From assembly GCA_031296755.1 (NCBI GenBank), contig JAUMMZ010000003.1, positions 1,797 to 65,796 on the forward strand: a DNA stretch of 64,000 nt, given 5' to 3'. A program made the position numbers and the translations under genes. Under the pieces are notes generated by a model. That model was given only the letters and a program-made list of their open reading frames with translations. It had not been told where the DNA came from and ran no database searches. The DNA is from Collinsella sp. (GTDB lineage: Bacteria; Actinomycetota; Coriobacteriia; Coriobacteriales; Coriobacteriaceae). Shown piece by piece: positions 43,996-52,383 of this stretch; the stretch's first letter is position 1; every line of letters starts with the position of its first letter.

Positions 43996-46296
43996 CTACT
44001 TGATCTTGGTTGTTCCCGGCGCCAGGTTGGGGTCGGTTTCGTTGGCCTCGGTCTGGAAGTGCTCGGTATACACGTTCTTGCCGTCGCGGAACATCTCGTA
44101 GTACTGCATCTTGGCGTAATCCTCGCGTGCCTTGGTGGCAGCCGCGGCGGCGTCGTCGTCACCGGTGACGTTGGAGGAGAGCGCCCAGCGCAGGCTGGCG
44201 TCCTCGTAGCCGACGGAGTTGATGGCGGGCAGCGACTCGCGCAGCGTCATGTGCGCTTTCTGGTAGTCGGAGAGAGGTGCGCCGATCAGCTGCATCAGCT
44301 GGGTGGACAGATAGTTGGTGGACAGGTCGTCGACCTCGCTTGTCTGGTCGCAGCCGGCAACGTCGTAGTTGGCCCAAATGATGTAGTCGGTCTGCCACAA
44401 GCGCTCCTGGTGGGTGGCGTCATCCTCGTCGGTAAACCACTTGTCGTTGAACTTGGACGGGAAGAACGGCTGATGGTCGCCCCAGAACACCACGACCACC
44501 TTGCGATCGAGTTTGTTCAGGGCGTTGAGGAAGTAGCGCAGCGCCTGGTCGGACTGCTCAATGCACGAGACGTACTCGTCGACATCGGACAACGTGCCGT
44601 CCTCGACAGTCTTGGCGTCCAGGTCGGTCGTGTCGATGTTCAGGTGCATCTGCTTATCTGCCGGCAGTAGACCCGTATCGTAGCCCGAGTGGTTCTGCAT
44701 GGTCACGTCGAAGATAAACTGCGGATCGGCGTTCTGGTCGAGCAGCTCAAGAATCTTGTCGTAGGTAGCCTGGTCGGTCACCATACCGCGCAGGGTGTCG
44801 GCGCCCTGGAAATCGTTGATAGACAGGAACTGGTCAAAGCCAAAGTCCTTGTAGACGTTCTCGCGGTTCCAGTTGGTCGCGTGGTTGGGGTGCATGGCCG
44901 TGGTGGAATAGCCGAGCGATTTGAATTGCTCTGCCAGGTTCCCGGTCGTTTCCATGTTGTAGATGGTGTAGGGGTACACGCCCGAGCCCAGGTTGGCCAT
45001 GGAGTTGCCGGTCATAAACTCAAACTCGGTATTGGCGGTGCCACCGCCGTAGGCGCTCACGTAGAGCTTGCCGCGGCTGAGGCAGTTGGACAGGTTCTTA
45101 AAGTACTGCGGTCCCTCGTAGCCGGCGCGCATGTTCTGGTAGATCGAAAGATCCGAGAAGGTTTCGTTCATGATGGCGATGACCGTGGGCTTCTCACTGT
45201 CGAACTGCTCCTGGGCGGCAGTGCGGGCGTCGCTTGTGGCGGCATCGGACTTGTCGTAGGCCTTGGCGTACTTTTTGAGCGTGACCTTGGCGTCGTCGGC
45301 GGAGTAATCGGCGGGTTTGGGCGGCTTGATGGACTGCGCTGCACTAATAAAAGCAGGCAGGTAGCCCTCGCGCCAGTAGCTCTCGAGCGGGCGCCAGGTG
45401 TAGACGGTGATGCCGAGAGTGTTGTAGTAGTCGATAAGCGCGACGTGCGCGGTCACGCCGCCCAGGCAAAGCACGGCGACGAGCAGGTTGGTGAGCAGCA
45501 TGCGCTTGGCGTTGGCGGCACCCTTCTGACGGTGCGGTGCTACCAGGCCGGCGTACTCGCATAGCAGCATGGCGATGGCGGTAAAGCCCATGGACAGCAC
45601 GCAGAACAGCGAGATCGAGAAGGTGTAGCCGTTGCCGGCGACCGCGGCGGCGGTGGAGATGGCCGAAAGGTCGCCCGGCTGGATGGGCATGGATTTAAAC
45701 GTGATGACGAAGAACTCGGCAATGCCTAGGACAAAGAGGGCGAAGGCCAGGACCGCGGGAGCCGCGCCGTGGCGCTGGAACAGGAAGAAAAGGCCGCTCA
45801 TGAGTGCGGTGATGATAGCCCACTCGAGCAGGATGCACAGGGGGTAGACCCAGGTAAAGTCGTGGTTGGACGAGACCTCCATGCCCAACAGCGCAAAGAC
45901 GCCGGCGAGCAGCAGGCACAAGACGGCGGCGACGAGCGGTTTGCCCACAAAGGCGCCGCGCAGGCGGGCGAGCTTGCCGGTGGGGGCGGGGACGTCGGGC
46001 TCGGCGAACGCAAAGACGCGCGGAGCGATGCGGTCGCGGGCGATGCTGGCCCAGGCGCAACCGGTGAGAATGGCATTGGTCAGGATGAGCATCACAAAGG
46101 CGAGCGGCTCGTTTTGGGCGACGAGGCCCACGGCGCCCCAAATAGTCAAAAAGACCTGGAACAGACCAAAGGCGACGCTCCAGGCGATAGCGCCCTTGGC
46201 AACGGCGCCCGACTGCGCGCGAATGGCCTTGGCCTCGCGCAAGACAAGGTAGACGGTCGCCGCAAGACCGACGAGCGAGATGGCGGCTGCGAACAT
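43996..46296 (-). CDS. LTA synthase / sulfatase-family membrane phosphoglycerol transferase
   Basis: N-terminal multi-TM region plus extracellular alkaline-phosphatase-fold domain (IAIMNETFSD.., GGGTANTEFEFMTGNS, MHPNHATNW). ATG 46296 is preceded by GAGGAG. Confidence 0.8.
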   Translation of the reverse strand: MFAAAISLVGLAATVYLVLREAKAIRAQSGAVAKGAIAWSVAFGLFQVFLTIWGAVGLVAQNEPLAFVMLILTNAILTGCAWASIARDRIAPRVFAFAEPDVPAPTGKLARLRGAFVGKPLVAAVLCLLLAGVFALLGMEVSSNHDFTWVYPLCILLEWAIITALMSGLFFLFQRHGAAPAVLAFALFVLGIAEFFVITFKSMPIQPGDLSAISTAAAVAGNGYTFSISLFCVLSMGFTAIAMLLCEYAGLVAPHRQKGAANAKRMLLTNLLVAVLCLGGVTAHVALIDYYNTLGITVYTWRPLESYWREGYLPAFISAAQSIKPPKPADYSADDAKVTLKKYAKAYDKSDAATSDARTAAQEQFDSEKPTVIAIMNETFSDLSIYQNMRAGYEGPQYFKNLSNCLSRGKLYVSAYGGGTANTEFEFMTGNSMANLGSGVYPYTIYNMETTGNLAEQFKSLGYSTTAMHPNHATNWNRENVYKDFGFDQFLSINDFQGADTLRGMVTDQATYDKILELLDQNADPQFIFDVTMQNHSGYDTGLLPADKQMHLNIDTTDLDAKTVEDGTLSDVDEYVSCIEQSDQALRYFLNALNKLDRKVVVVFWGDHQPFFPSKFNDKWFTDEDDATHQERLWQTDYIIWANYDVAGCDQTSEVDDLSTNYLSTQLMQLIGAPLSDYQKAHMTLRESLPAINSVGYEDASLRWALSSNVTGDDDAAAAATKAREDYAKMQYYEMFRDGKNVYTEHFQTEANETDPNLAPGTTKIK

Positions 46297-46510
46297 GCTG
46301 AGACTCCTCACAAACTTAAAACCTACGAAAGCGGGGGTTTACCCGATTGTTACCAAGATATGCGCTGCAATTGGTGGCTGCGCACAACAACCAGCCATAT
46401 TAACGCGCACGTGTGGCGGTGTGGCGCAATGTAGTGGCGACCTGCGCGATAATGGACGGGAATTACACGGAAACGTAAAGGCTTCTTAAAGAATTGGCGA
46501 GGATAGAGCT

Positions 46511-47386
46511 ATGGGTGAGCAGGTTTGTATGACGGGCGTCGAGTGCTGCGGCGGAGCTGAGGGCGTGGATACGAACGGCTACCCGGTCGAGACCACGGGC
46601 AATGCGGTGCTGGACATTTTGGAGCATCGCTCGTCTACGCGTGCCTTCGCGCGCGATGACGACGACCGTCCCGTGGCGGTGACCGACGAGCAGCGTGCGG
46701 CGATTCTGCATGCGGCGAGCCGCGCGCCGTCGGCGGGTGCCATGATGATGTATTCCATCGTGAGCATCCGTGAGCAGGCTACGCTCGACCGCCTGGCCGA
46801 CCTGTGCGACCACCAGCCCATGATCGCTAAGGCGCCCTGGGCACTAATATTTGTGGTCGATTATGCCAAGTGGATCGATCTGTTTGAGCACGTGGGCTGC
46901 TTTGAGCCAGAGTTTGTAGAGCGTACGGGCAAGTCGCCCCGTCGTGCACCGGGTCTGGGCGACTTTGCCATTGCGGCGCAGGACGCCGTGATCGCCGCGC
47001 AAAACGCCGTGGTTGCCGCCGAGGCCCTGGGGCTGGGGAGCTGCTATATCGGTGATATCGTCGAGAATGCCGAGGAAGTTGCCGAGCTGCTCGATCTGCC
47101 GCCCTATACCATGCCGCTGTCGATGCTCATCATCGGCACGCCCCGTAAGGAGCGTCCGGCCATTGCGCATCCCGTGGTGAACCTGGTGCACGAGGAGCGC
47201 TACTGCCGCGCCGATGCCGCGACTATGGATGCTCAGGTGGCCGAGATGGATGCGATGTTCCGTCCGCATGCCCGCGAGGTGGGCGAGCGCGTGGTGGATA
47301 TCTACACCCGCAAACACACCAGTCCCTTTATGGCCGAGATGAGTCGCTCCATGGAGTGGTGGTTCAAAAACTGGCTCGGAAAATGA
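46511..47386 (+). CDS. Nitroreductase family oxidoreductase
   Basis: LEHRSSTRAF.., SRAPSAGAMMMYSIV, and AAQNAVVAAEALGLGSCYIG typical of the nitroreductase fold. Confidence 0.8.
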   Translation: MGEQVCMTGVECCGGAEGVDTNGYPVETTGNAVLDILEHRSSTRAFARDDDDRPVAVTDEQRAAILHAASRAPSAGAMMMYSIVSIREQATLDRLADLCDHQPMIAKAPWALIFVVDYAKWIDLFEHVGCFEPEFVERTGKSPRRAPGLGDFAIAAQDAVIAAQNAVVAAEALGLGSCYIGDIVENAEEVAELLDLPPYTMPLSMLIIGTPRKERPAIAHPVVNLVHEERYCRADAATMDAQVAEMDAMFRPHAREVGERVVDIYTRKHTSPFMAEMSRSMEWWFKNWLGK

Positions 47387-47388
47387 CG

Positions 47389-47421
47389 AATGTGACAAGG
47401 GAACAGTCCCTTTGTCACATT
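47389..47421. repeat. Q-family palindromic repeat, copy Q2
   Basis: AATGTGACAAGGGAACAGTCCCTTTGTCACATT. Confidence 0.75.
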
Positions 47422-47544
47422 CCATATCGCCGCGGTAGCCTAAAGACTGTATAAATCTTTATCTAGCTGGGAAAACAGTGCATTAAAACATGGGCCGATT
47501 ACCTATAATCCCCTCGAACGTTAAAGTTGGGAGGAAACCGGCTT

Positions 47545-49572
47545 ATGGAACAAAAGGCCAAGGAGGCAGCCTCGCACGCTGCGATTCCTGTGAGCATCTC
47601 GGCGATGCTCGTCACGCTGGGCGTGGTGTATGGCGATATCGGCACCAGCCCCATGTATGTAACCAAGGCACTCGTTGCCGGCAACGGCGGCATCGGAAGC
47701 GTCACGGAGGAGTTCGTGCTCGGCGCGCTCTCGCTCGTCGTATGGACGGTCACGCTGCTGACGACCGTCAAGTACGTGCTCATCTCGCTGCGCGCCGACA
47801 ACCACGGCGAGGGTGGCATCTTTGCTCTGTACAGCTTGGTTAAGCGCTGCGGCAAATGGCTCATCATCCCCGCCATGCTGGGCGGCGCGGCACTGCTCGC
47901 CGATGGCATCCTCACGCCCGCCGTTACCGTGACTACGGCTATCGAGGGCCTGCGCACCATTCCGGCAGTCCATGCTGTGTTGGGCGACGATCAGGGCCGC
48001 GTCGTGGCCATCACACTTGCCATCATCATTGTGCTCTTCTTGGTGCAGCGCATCGGCACGGCCAAGATCGGCCGTGCCTTTGGCCCCATCATGACGCTGT
48101 GGTTTCTGTTCCTGGGCGGTACGGGTCTGTTCTTTGTCTTCCAGCACCCCGCGGTGCTGCTGTGCCTCAACCCGCTGCGCGGCATCGGCTTTTTGTTGAG
48201 CCCCAACAACCATGCAGGCATCATGATTCTGGGCAGCTGCTTCCTTGCCACCACCGGTGCCGAGGCGCTCTATTCCGACATGGGCCACGTGGGCCGCGGC
48301 AACATCTACGCAACCTGGCCGTTCGTTAAGTGCTGCCTGCTGCTGTCCTATATGGGGCAGGGCGCTTGGCTTATGAACAACGCTGCCAACCCCGAGCTCA
48401 TGGGCATTGCCGACCTCAACCCGTTCTACCAGATGCTCGCCCCGGGCCTGCGCCCGTTTGCCGTCGGCCTTTCCACCGTCGCGGCCATCATTGCCTCGCA
48501 GGCGCTCATCACCGGCGCATTCTCGCTGGTGTCTGAGGCCAGCCGCCTGGACCTCATGCCGCACATGCAGGTTTTCTATCCTGCCGAGACCAAGGGCCAG
48601 CTCTATATTCCCATGGTCAACAACGTCATGCTTGTGGGCTGCGTCATCGTGGTGCTGCTGTTCCAGAGCTCGGCGCACATGGAGGCCGCTTACGGCTTGG
48701 CGATCACCCTGACCATGATGTGCACGACGCTGCTGCTCTTCTTCTACTTGCATGTCGATCGCGGCCTTAAGGTCGCCCCGTATATCTTCGTTGCGTTCTT
48801 CCTTATGCTCGAGGGCTTCTTCTTTGTGAGTTCGCTCACCAAGTTCTTCCACGGCGGCTACTTCACCATCCTCATGGCTGCACTCATCATGGGCATTATG
48901 GTGTGCTGGTACAACGGCACGGCGGTCGAGCAGCGCCAGTTTACGCTGCTGCCGCTGCGCAGCTACCTGCCGCAGCTCAAGCGCCTGCGCGACGACGACC
49001 GTTACGAGCGCATGAGCGACAACGTCGTGTACCTGACCAAGGACACCCATACCGACTACATCGACCGCGATATCGTCTATTCGATCTTGGACAAGCATCC
49101 CAAGCGCGCCCGCGCCTGGTGGTTTGTGAATGTCGAGACCATGGACGAACCGCACACCTTTGCCTATTCGGTCGAGACGTTCGGCACCGACTACGTGTTC
49201 CGCGTGCATCTGTACCTGGGCTACAAGATCAACCAGCGCGTTAATGCCTACCTGCGTCAGGTTGTTCAGGACCTGGCTGCCACCGGCGAGCTGCCGCCGC
49301 AGACGCATGACTACTCGGTCTACAAGGATCCGGGTAACATCGGCACGTTCAAGTTCATCCTGATTCGTAAGCTTCTGGCGCCCGAAAGCGATGTGGAGCC
49401 GAGCGAGCGTACGGCCATCACGCTCAAGTACATCATCCGCCGCGCCGCCGGCACGCCTGCACGCTGGTATGGCCTGGAGAACTCCAACGTGAGCTTTGAG
49501 TACGTGCCGCTGTTCACCAAGTTCAAGGCCGTGAACAAGATGCATCGCCTGGCCCCCAACGAGCGCCCGTAG
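47545..49572 (+). CDS. kup: KUP/HAK/KT family potassium transporter
   Basis: LGVVYGDIGTSPMYV signature, about 12 TM plus a cytosolic C-terminal domain. GGGAGGAA RBS before ATG 47545. Confidence 0.9.
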   Translation: MEQKAKEAASHAAIPVSISAMLVTLGVVYGDIGTSPMYVTKALVAGNGGIGSVTEEFVLGALSLVVWTVTLLTTVKYVLISLRADNHGEGGIFALYSLVKRCGKWLIIPAMLGGAALLADGILTPAVTVTTAIEGLRTIPAVHAVLGDDQGRVVAITLAIIIVLFLVQRIGTAKIGRAFGPIMTLWFLFLGGTGLFFVFQHPAVLLCLNPLRGIGFLLSPNNHAGIMILGSCFLATTGAEALYSDMGHVGRGNIYATWPFVKCCLLLSYMGQGAWLMNNAANPELMGIADLNPFYQMLAPGLRPFAVGLSTVAAIIASQALITGAFSLVSEASRLDLMPHMQVFYPAETKGQLYIPMVNNVMLVGCVIVVLLFQSSAHMEAAYGLAITLTMMCTTLLLFFYLHVDRGLKVAPYIFVAFFLMLEGFFFVSSLTKFFHGGYFTILMAALIMGIMVCWYNGTAVEQRQFTLLPLRSYLPQLKRLRDDDRYERMSDNVVYLTKDTHTDYIDRDIVYSILDKHPKRARAWWFVNVETMDEPHTFAYSVETFGTDYVFRVHLYLGYKINQRVNAYLRQVVQDLAATGELPPQTHDYSVYKDPGNIGTFKFILIRKLLAPESDVEPSERTAITLKYIIRRAAGTPARWYGLENSNVSFEYVPLFTKFKAVNKMHRLAPNERP

Positions 49573-49603
49573 GCGCCGACAGGTTGCATGGAGTTGGTTT
49601 TCG

Positions 49604-49828
49604 ATGGACAAGGTTGAGACCGGGGAGGCAAACATGGATGCAAAGATGCTTGATGGCCACGAGGTGGTTGCCGAGATGGTGCGTGAGGCACGCGCCGACG
49701 CCGCCGAAGATCGGTTTTTGACGAACCGTGCCAACATGGACATGGCCGATCGCGTAATTTCGATCGTGGCACTGGTATTTGGAGCGGTGTGCGTGTGTGC
49801 CCTGCTCGCGCACGTGCTGTTTGTCTAG
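49604..49828 (+). CDS. Possible small membrane protein (74 aa)
   Basis: The only support is the ORF plus a C-terminal hydrophobic segment IVALVFGAVCVCALLAHVLFV. There is no clear RBS. Confidence 0.25.
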   Translation: MDKVETGEANMDAKMLDGHEVVAEMVREARADAAEDRFLTNRANMDMADRVISIVALVFGAVCVCALLAHVLFV

Positions 49829-49860
49829 CGACTGCCGGTCGTAGAAGGCTTTACACTTGG

Positions 49861-49915
49861 AACCACCACAAGGGAAACCACCACAAAGGTGCCTGTCCCC
49901 TTTGTGGTGGTTTTT
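49861..49915 (+). repeat. P-family hairpin repeat, copy P2 (with partial upstream duplication)
   Basis: AAACCACCACAAAGGTGCCTGTCCCCTTTGTGGTGGTTT, preceded by the partial copy AACCACCACAAGGG. Confidence 0.8.
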
Positions 49916-49941
49916 GTTTATGAGAGAGGGGCGGGGCGCTG

Positions 49942-51567
49942 ATGGACGTCCGTACGGACGGCGATATTGCCGATAGCTTTTGGTGGCGGCGCACAACGCT
50001 GACGCGCCGCACTCCTCTGTATGACGCCTGCGTATCGGCGGGGCTGCTGGTCGCGGCGACGATTGTGGGCGCGCTGCTCGACCATCCGGGTCTCGCGCCG
50101 AGCATCATGATCGTCTATGTGCTTGCCGTGCAGCTGTGTGCCTTTTTCACCTGGAGCCGCCTGTATTGCCTGTTGAGTGCGGCTGCCGCCGCGGCGCTCT
50201 ACAACTTCTTGTTTGTCGATCCGCGCTACTCGCTGTCGTTTATCGACCGCGCCTATCCCGGCATGTTCTTCATCATGTTTGTGGTCTCGCTTGTGTCGAG
50301 CTCGATTGCGTTGGCCCTGCGCCGCGCCTTGGCACAGGCTGCCGCCAGCGACCGTCGCACGCATATGGTGCTCGAGACCAACCGCATGCTGCAGCGGTGC
50401 GCCGATCAGCAGCAGATTGTCCATGCCATGGCAACGCAGCTGGCGCGTCTTTCGGGCTGTCCGGTCGTATGGTACAGCGCCGATGCCGACGATGATGACC
50501 TGCTGCCGCGTGCGACATACACGGCCGTGGGCGATGCCGCGCCGGTGCACGAGCTGGCGCCGCAGATGCCGCCGCGTCTCTCGGCGTCCGCCTATGTGGG
50601 AATGCCGCTCGACGCCACTTATGGCGGCTCGGCGTTTTATGGCATCTACCTGACGGTTCGCACGGGTGACGGCTTCGTGCGCTCGGGCGACCCTGCCTCG
50701 GTGGTGGGCGTGCTGGCTATCGTTGCCGAGCCCGACGTGCTGACGCACGAGGAGCGGACACTTGCCGATGCCATCGTGAGCGAAGGCGAGCTGGCACTCG
50801 ATCGCGCCCGCGCCATGGAGGCCCGCGAGGAGGCGGCGGTGCTTGCCAAAAATGAGCAGCTGCGCGCCAACCTGCTGCGCTCCATCTCGCACGACCTGCG
50901 CACGCCGCTCACCAGTATTTCGGGCAATGCCGATGTGCTGCTCGACCAGGGCTCGACCGGCACCGCCGTGCTCGACGCCCAGACGCGCCGCGGCCTGCTC
51001 CTGTCCATTCGCTCGGATGCGCAATGGCTCAACGTCACCGTCGAGAACCTGCTCGCCATCACCAAGCTCGAGGGCGGCGGCATGCGACTGTCGACCACGC
51101 TCGAGCTCATGGACGATATCGTCGAGGAGGCGCTGCGCCACGTGAACCCTGCCGTGCGCGAGCACGACCTTAAGGTGGTGGCGTGCGATGAGCCGGCGCT
51201 CGTCAACGTCGATGCGCGCCTGATGGTGCAGCTGGTGGTCAATCTGGTGAACAACGCCATCACCTATACGCCCGCAGGCTCGCATATCATGATTTCGATT
51301 GGCGTCGACGATGGACGCGTGGCGTGCTCGGTGGCCGATGATGGTCCGGGCATCGCACCCGAGGACCGCGAGCGGATTTTTGAGTCGTTCTATACCGCCA
51401 ACCATGGTCTGGCCGACAGCCACCGCAGCGTGGGCTTGGGTCTTTCACTCTGCCGTTCCATTGCGTTGGCGCATGGCGGTAGCATAGAGGTTGCCGCGGC
51501 GGACCCGCACGGTTCGGTCTTTACGATTGAACTTCCCGCCGCCGACGTTTCGTTTGATAAGGAGTAG
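49942..51567 (+). CDS. Sensor histidine kinase, KdpD C-terminal-half type (DUF4118-like TM region, GAF-like, HisKA, HATPase)
   Basis: H-box SHDLRTPLTSI, N-box NLVNNAITYT, and G-boxes DDGPGI and GLGLSLC. The KdpD N-terminal sensor domain is absent. Confidence 0.8.
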   Translation: MDVRTDGDIADSFWWRRTTLTRRTPLYDACVSAGLLVAATIVGALLDHPGLAPSIMIVYVLAVQLCAFFTWSRLYCLLSAAAAAALYNFLFVDPRYSLSFIDRAYPGMFFIMFVVSLVSSSIALALRRALAQAAASDRRTHMVLETNRMLQRCADQQQIVHAMATQLARLSGCPVVWYSADADDDDLLPRATYTAVGDAAPVHELAPQMPPRLSASAYVGMPLDATYGGSAFYGIYLTVRTGDGFVRSGDPASVVGVLAIVAEPDVLTHEERTLADAIVSEGELALDRARAMEAREEAAVLAKNEQLRANLLRSISHDLRTPLTSISGNADVLLDQGSTGTAVLDAQTRRGLLLSIRSDAQWLNVTVENLLAITKLEGGGMRLSTTLELMDDIVEEALRHVNPAVREHDLKVVACDEPALVNVDARLMVQLVVNLVNNAITYTPAGSHIMISIGVDDGRVACSVADDGPGIAPEDRERIFESFYTANHGLADSHRSVGLGLSLCRSIALAHGGSIEVAAADPHGSVFTIELPAADVSFDKE

Positions 51568-51571
51568 CGCC

Positions 51572-52285
51572 GTGTCGAACTCTGCCGTAAAACCGCTCAT
51601 CTTGGTCGTTGAGGACGACCCAGCTGTTCGCAACCTTATCGTTGCTGCGCTCGAGGCGCACGGCTTGCGCCATATGGCCGTGGAGACCGCCCATGCCGCC
51701 ATCGCCGCCGCCTCATCGCAGGCACCGAGTATTGTGCTGCTCGATCTGGGCCTGCCCGATATGGATGGTGTCAAGGTGGTGGAGTCGGTGCGCGCATGGT
51801 CGGGTATGCCGATTATTGTGGTTTCGGCGCGCAGCGAGGATGCGGACAAGATTCGTGCACTCGATGCCGGCGCCGACGACTACCTGACCAAGCCGTTTTC
51901 GGTCGAGGAGCTGCTCGCGCGCATTCGCACGACGCTCAGGCGCCTTTCGTATACGCAAACGGGCGGCGTTGTCTCCGAGGGCTCGTTCGATACCGGTGAG
52001 CTGCATATCGATTTTGATGCCGGCATCGCCACGATGGATGGCGAGGAGCTGCATCTGACGCCGATCGAGTACAAGCTCCTGTGCCTGCTAGCGCATAACG
52101 CCGACAAGGTGCTGACGCACCAGTTTATCCTGCACGAGATTTGGGGCACGGCAACCAAGAGCGACCTGGCGAGCCTGCGTGTCTTTATGGGCACGCTGCG
52201 CAAGAAGATCGAGTCCGACCCTGCGCATCCGCGCTATATCCAAACGCATGTGGGCATCGGTTACCGACTGGTCACCCAAGGATAG
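51572..52285 (+). CDS. kdpE: OmpR-family response regulator, KdpE-like
   Basis: ILVVEDD..LLDLGLPDMDG receiver plus winged helix LTPIEYKLL..FMGTLRKKIE..IQTHVGIGYRL. GTG 51572 lies 7 nt after AAGGAG. Confidence 0.8.
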   Translation: MSNSAVKPLILVVEDDPAVRNLIVAALEAHGLRHMAVETAHAAIAAASSQAPSIVLLDLGLPDMDGVKVVESVRAWSGMPIIVVSARSEDADKIRALDAGADDYLTKPFSVEELLARIRTTLRRLSYTQTGGVVSEGSFDTGELHIDFDAGIATMDGEELHLTPIEYKLLCLLAHNADKVLTHQFILHEIWGTATKSDLASLRVFMGTLRKKIESDPAHPRYIQTHVGIGYRLVTQG

Positions 52286-52309
52286 GCTGGCATCCGCCAT
52301 CCCACTATG

Positions 52310-52383
52310 AGTTGCGGTGAAATACGGTCTAACTTTGCCTAATTCCAGGCAAAACAGTCCGTATTCCACCGCAACTTTTTTAT
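52310..52383 (+). repeat. S-family long hairpin, copy S2 (with T-run; likely the kdpE terminator)
   Basis: AGTTGCGGTGAAATACGG ... CCGTATTCCACCGCAACT followed by TTTTTTATTT. Confidence 0.8.

Noticed and set aside
47387-47544. c-di-AMP (ydaO-type) riboswitch upstream of kup
   Set aside because: The region is short and AT-rich, and a TATAAT-like -10 lies only about 35 nt from the start codon. None of the conserved ydaO helices or motifs is evident.
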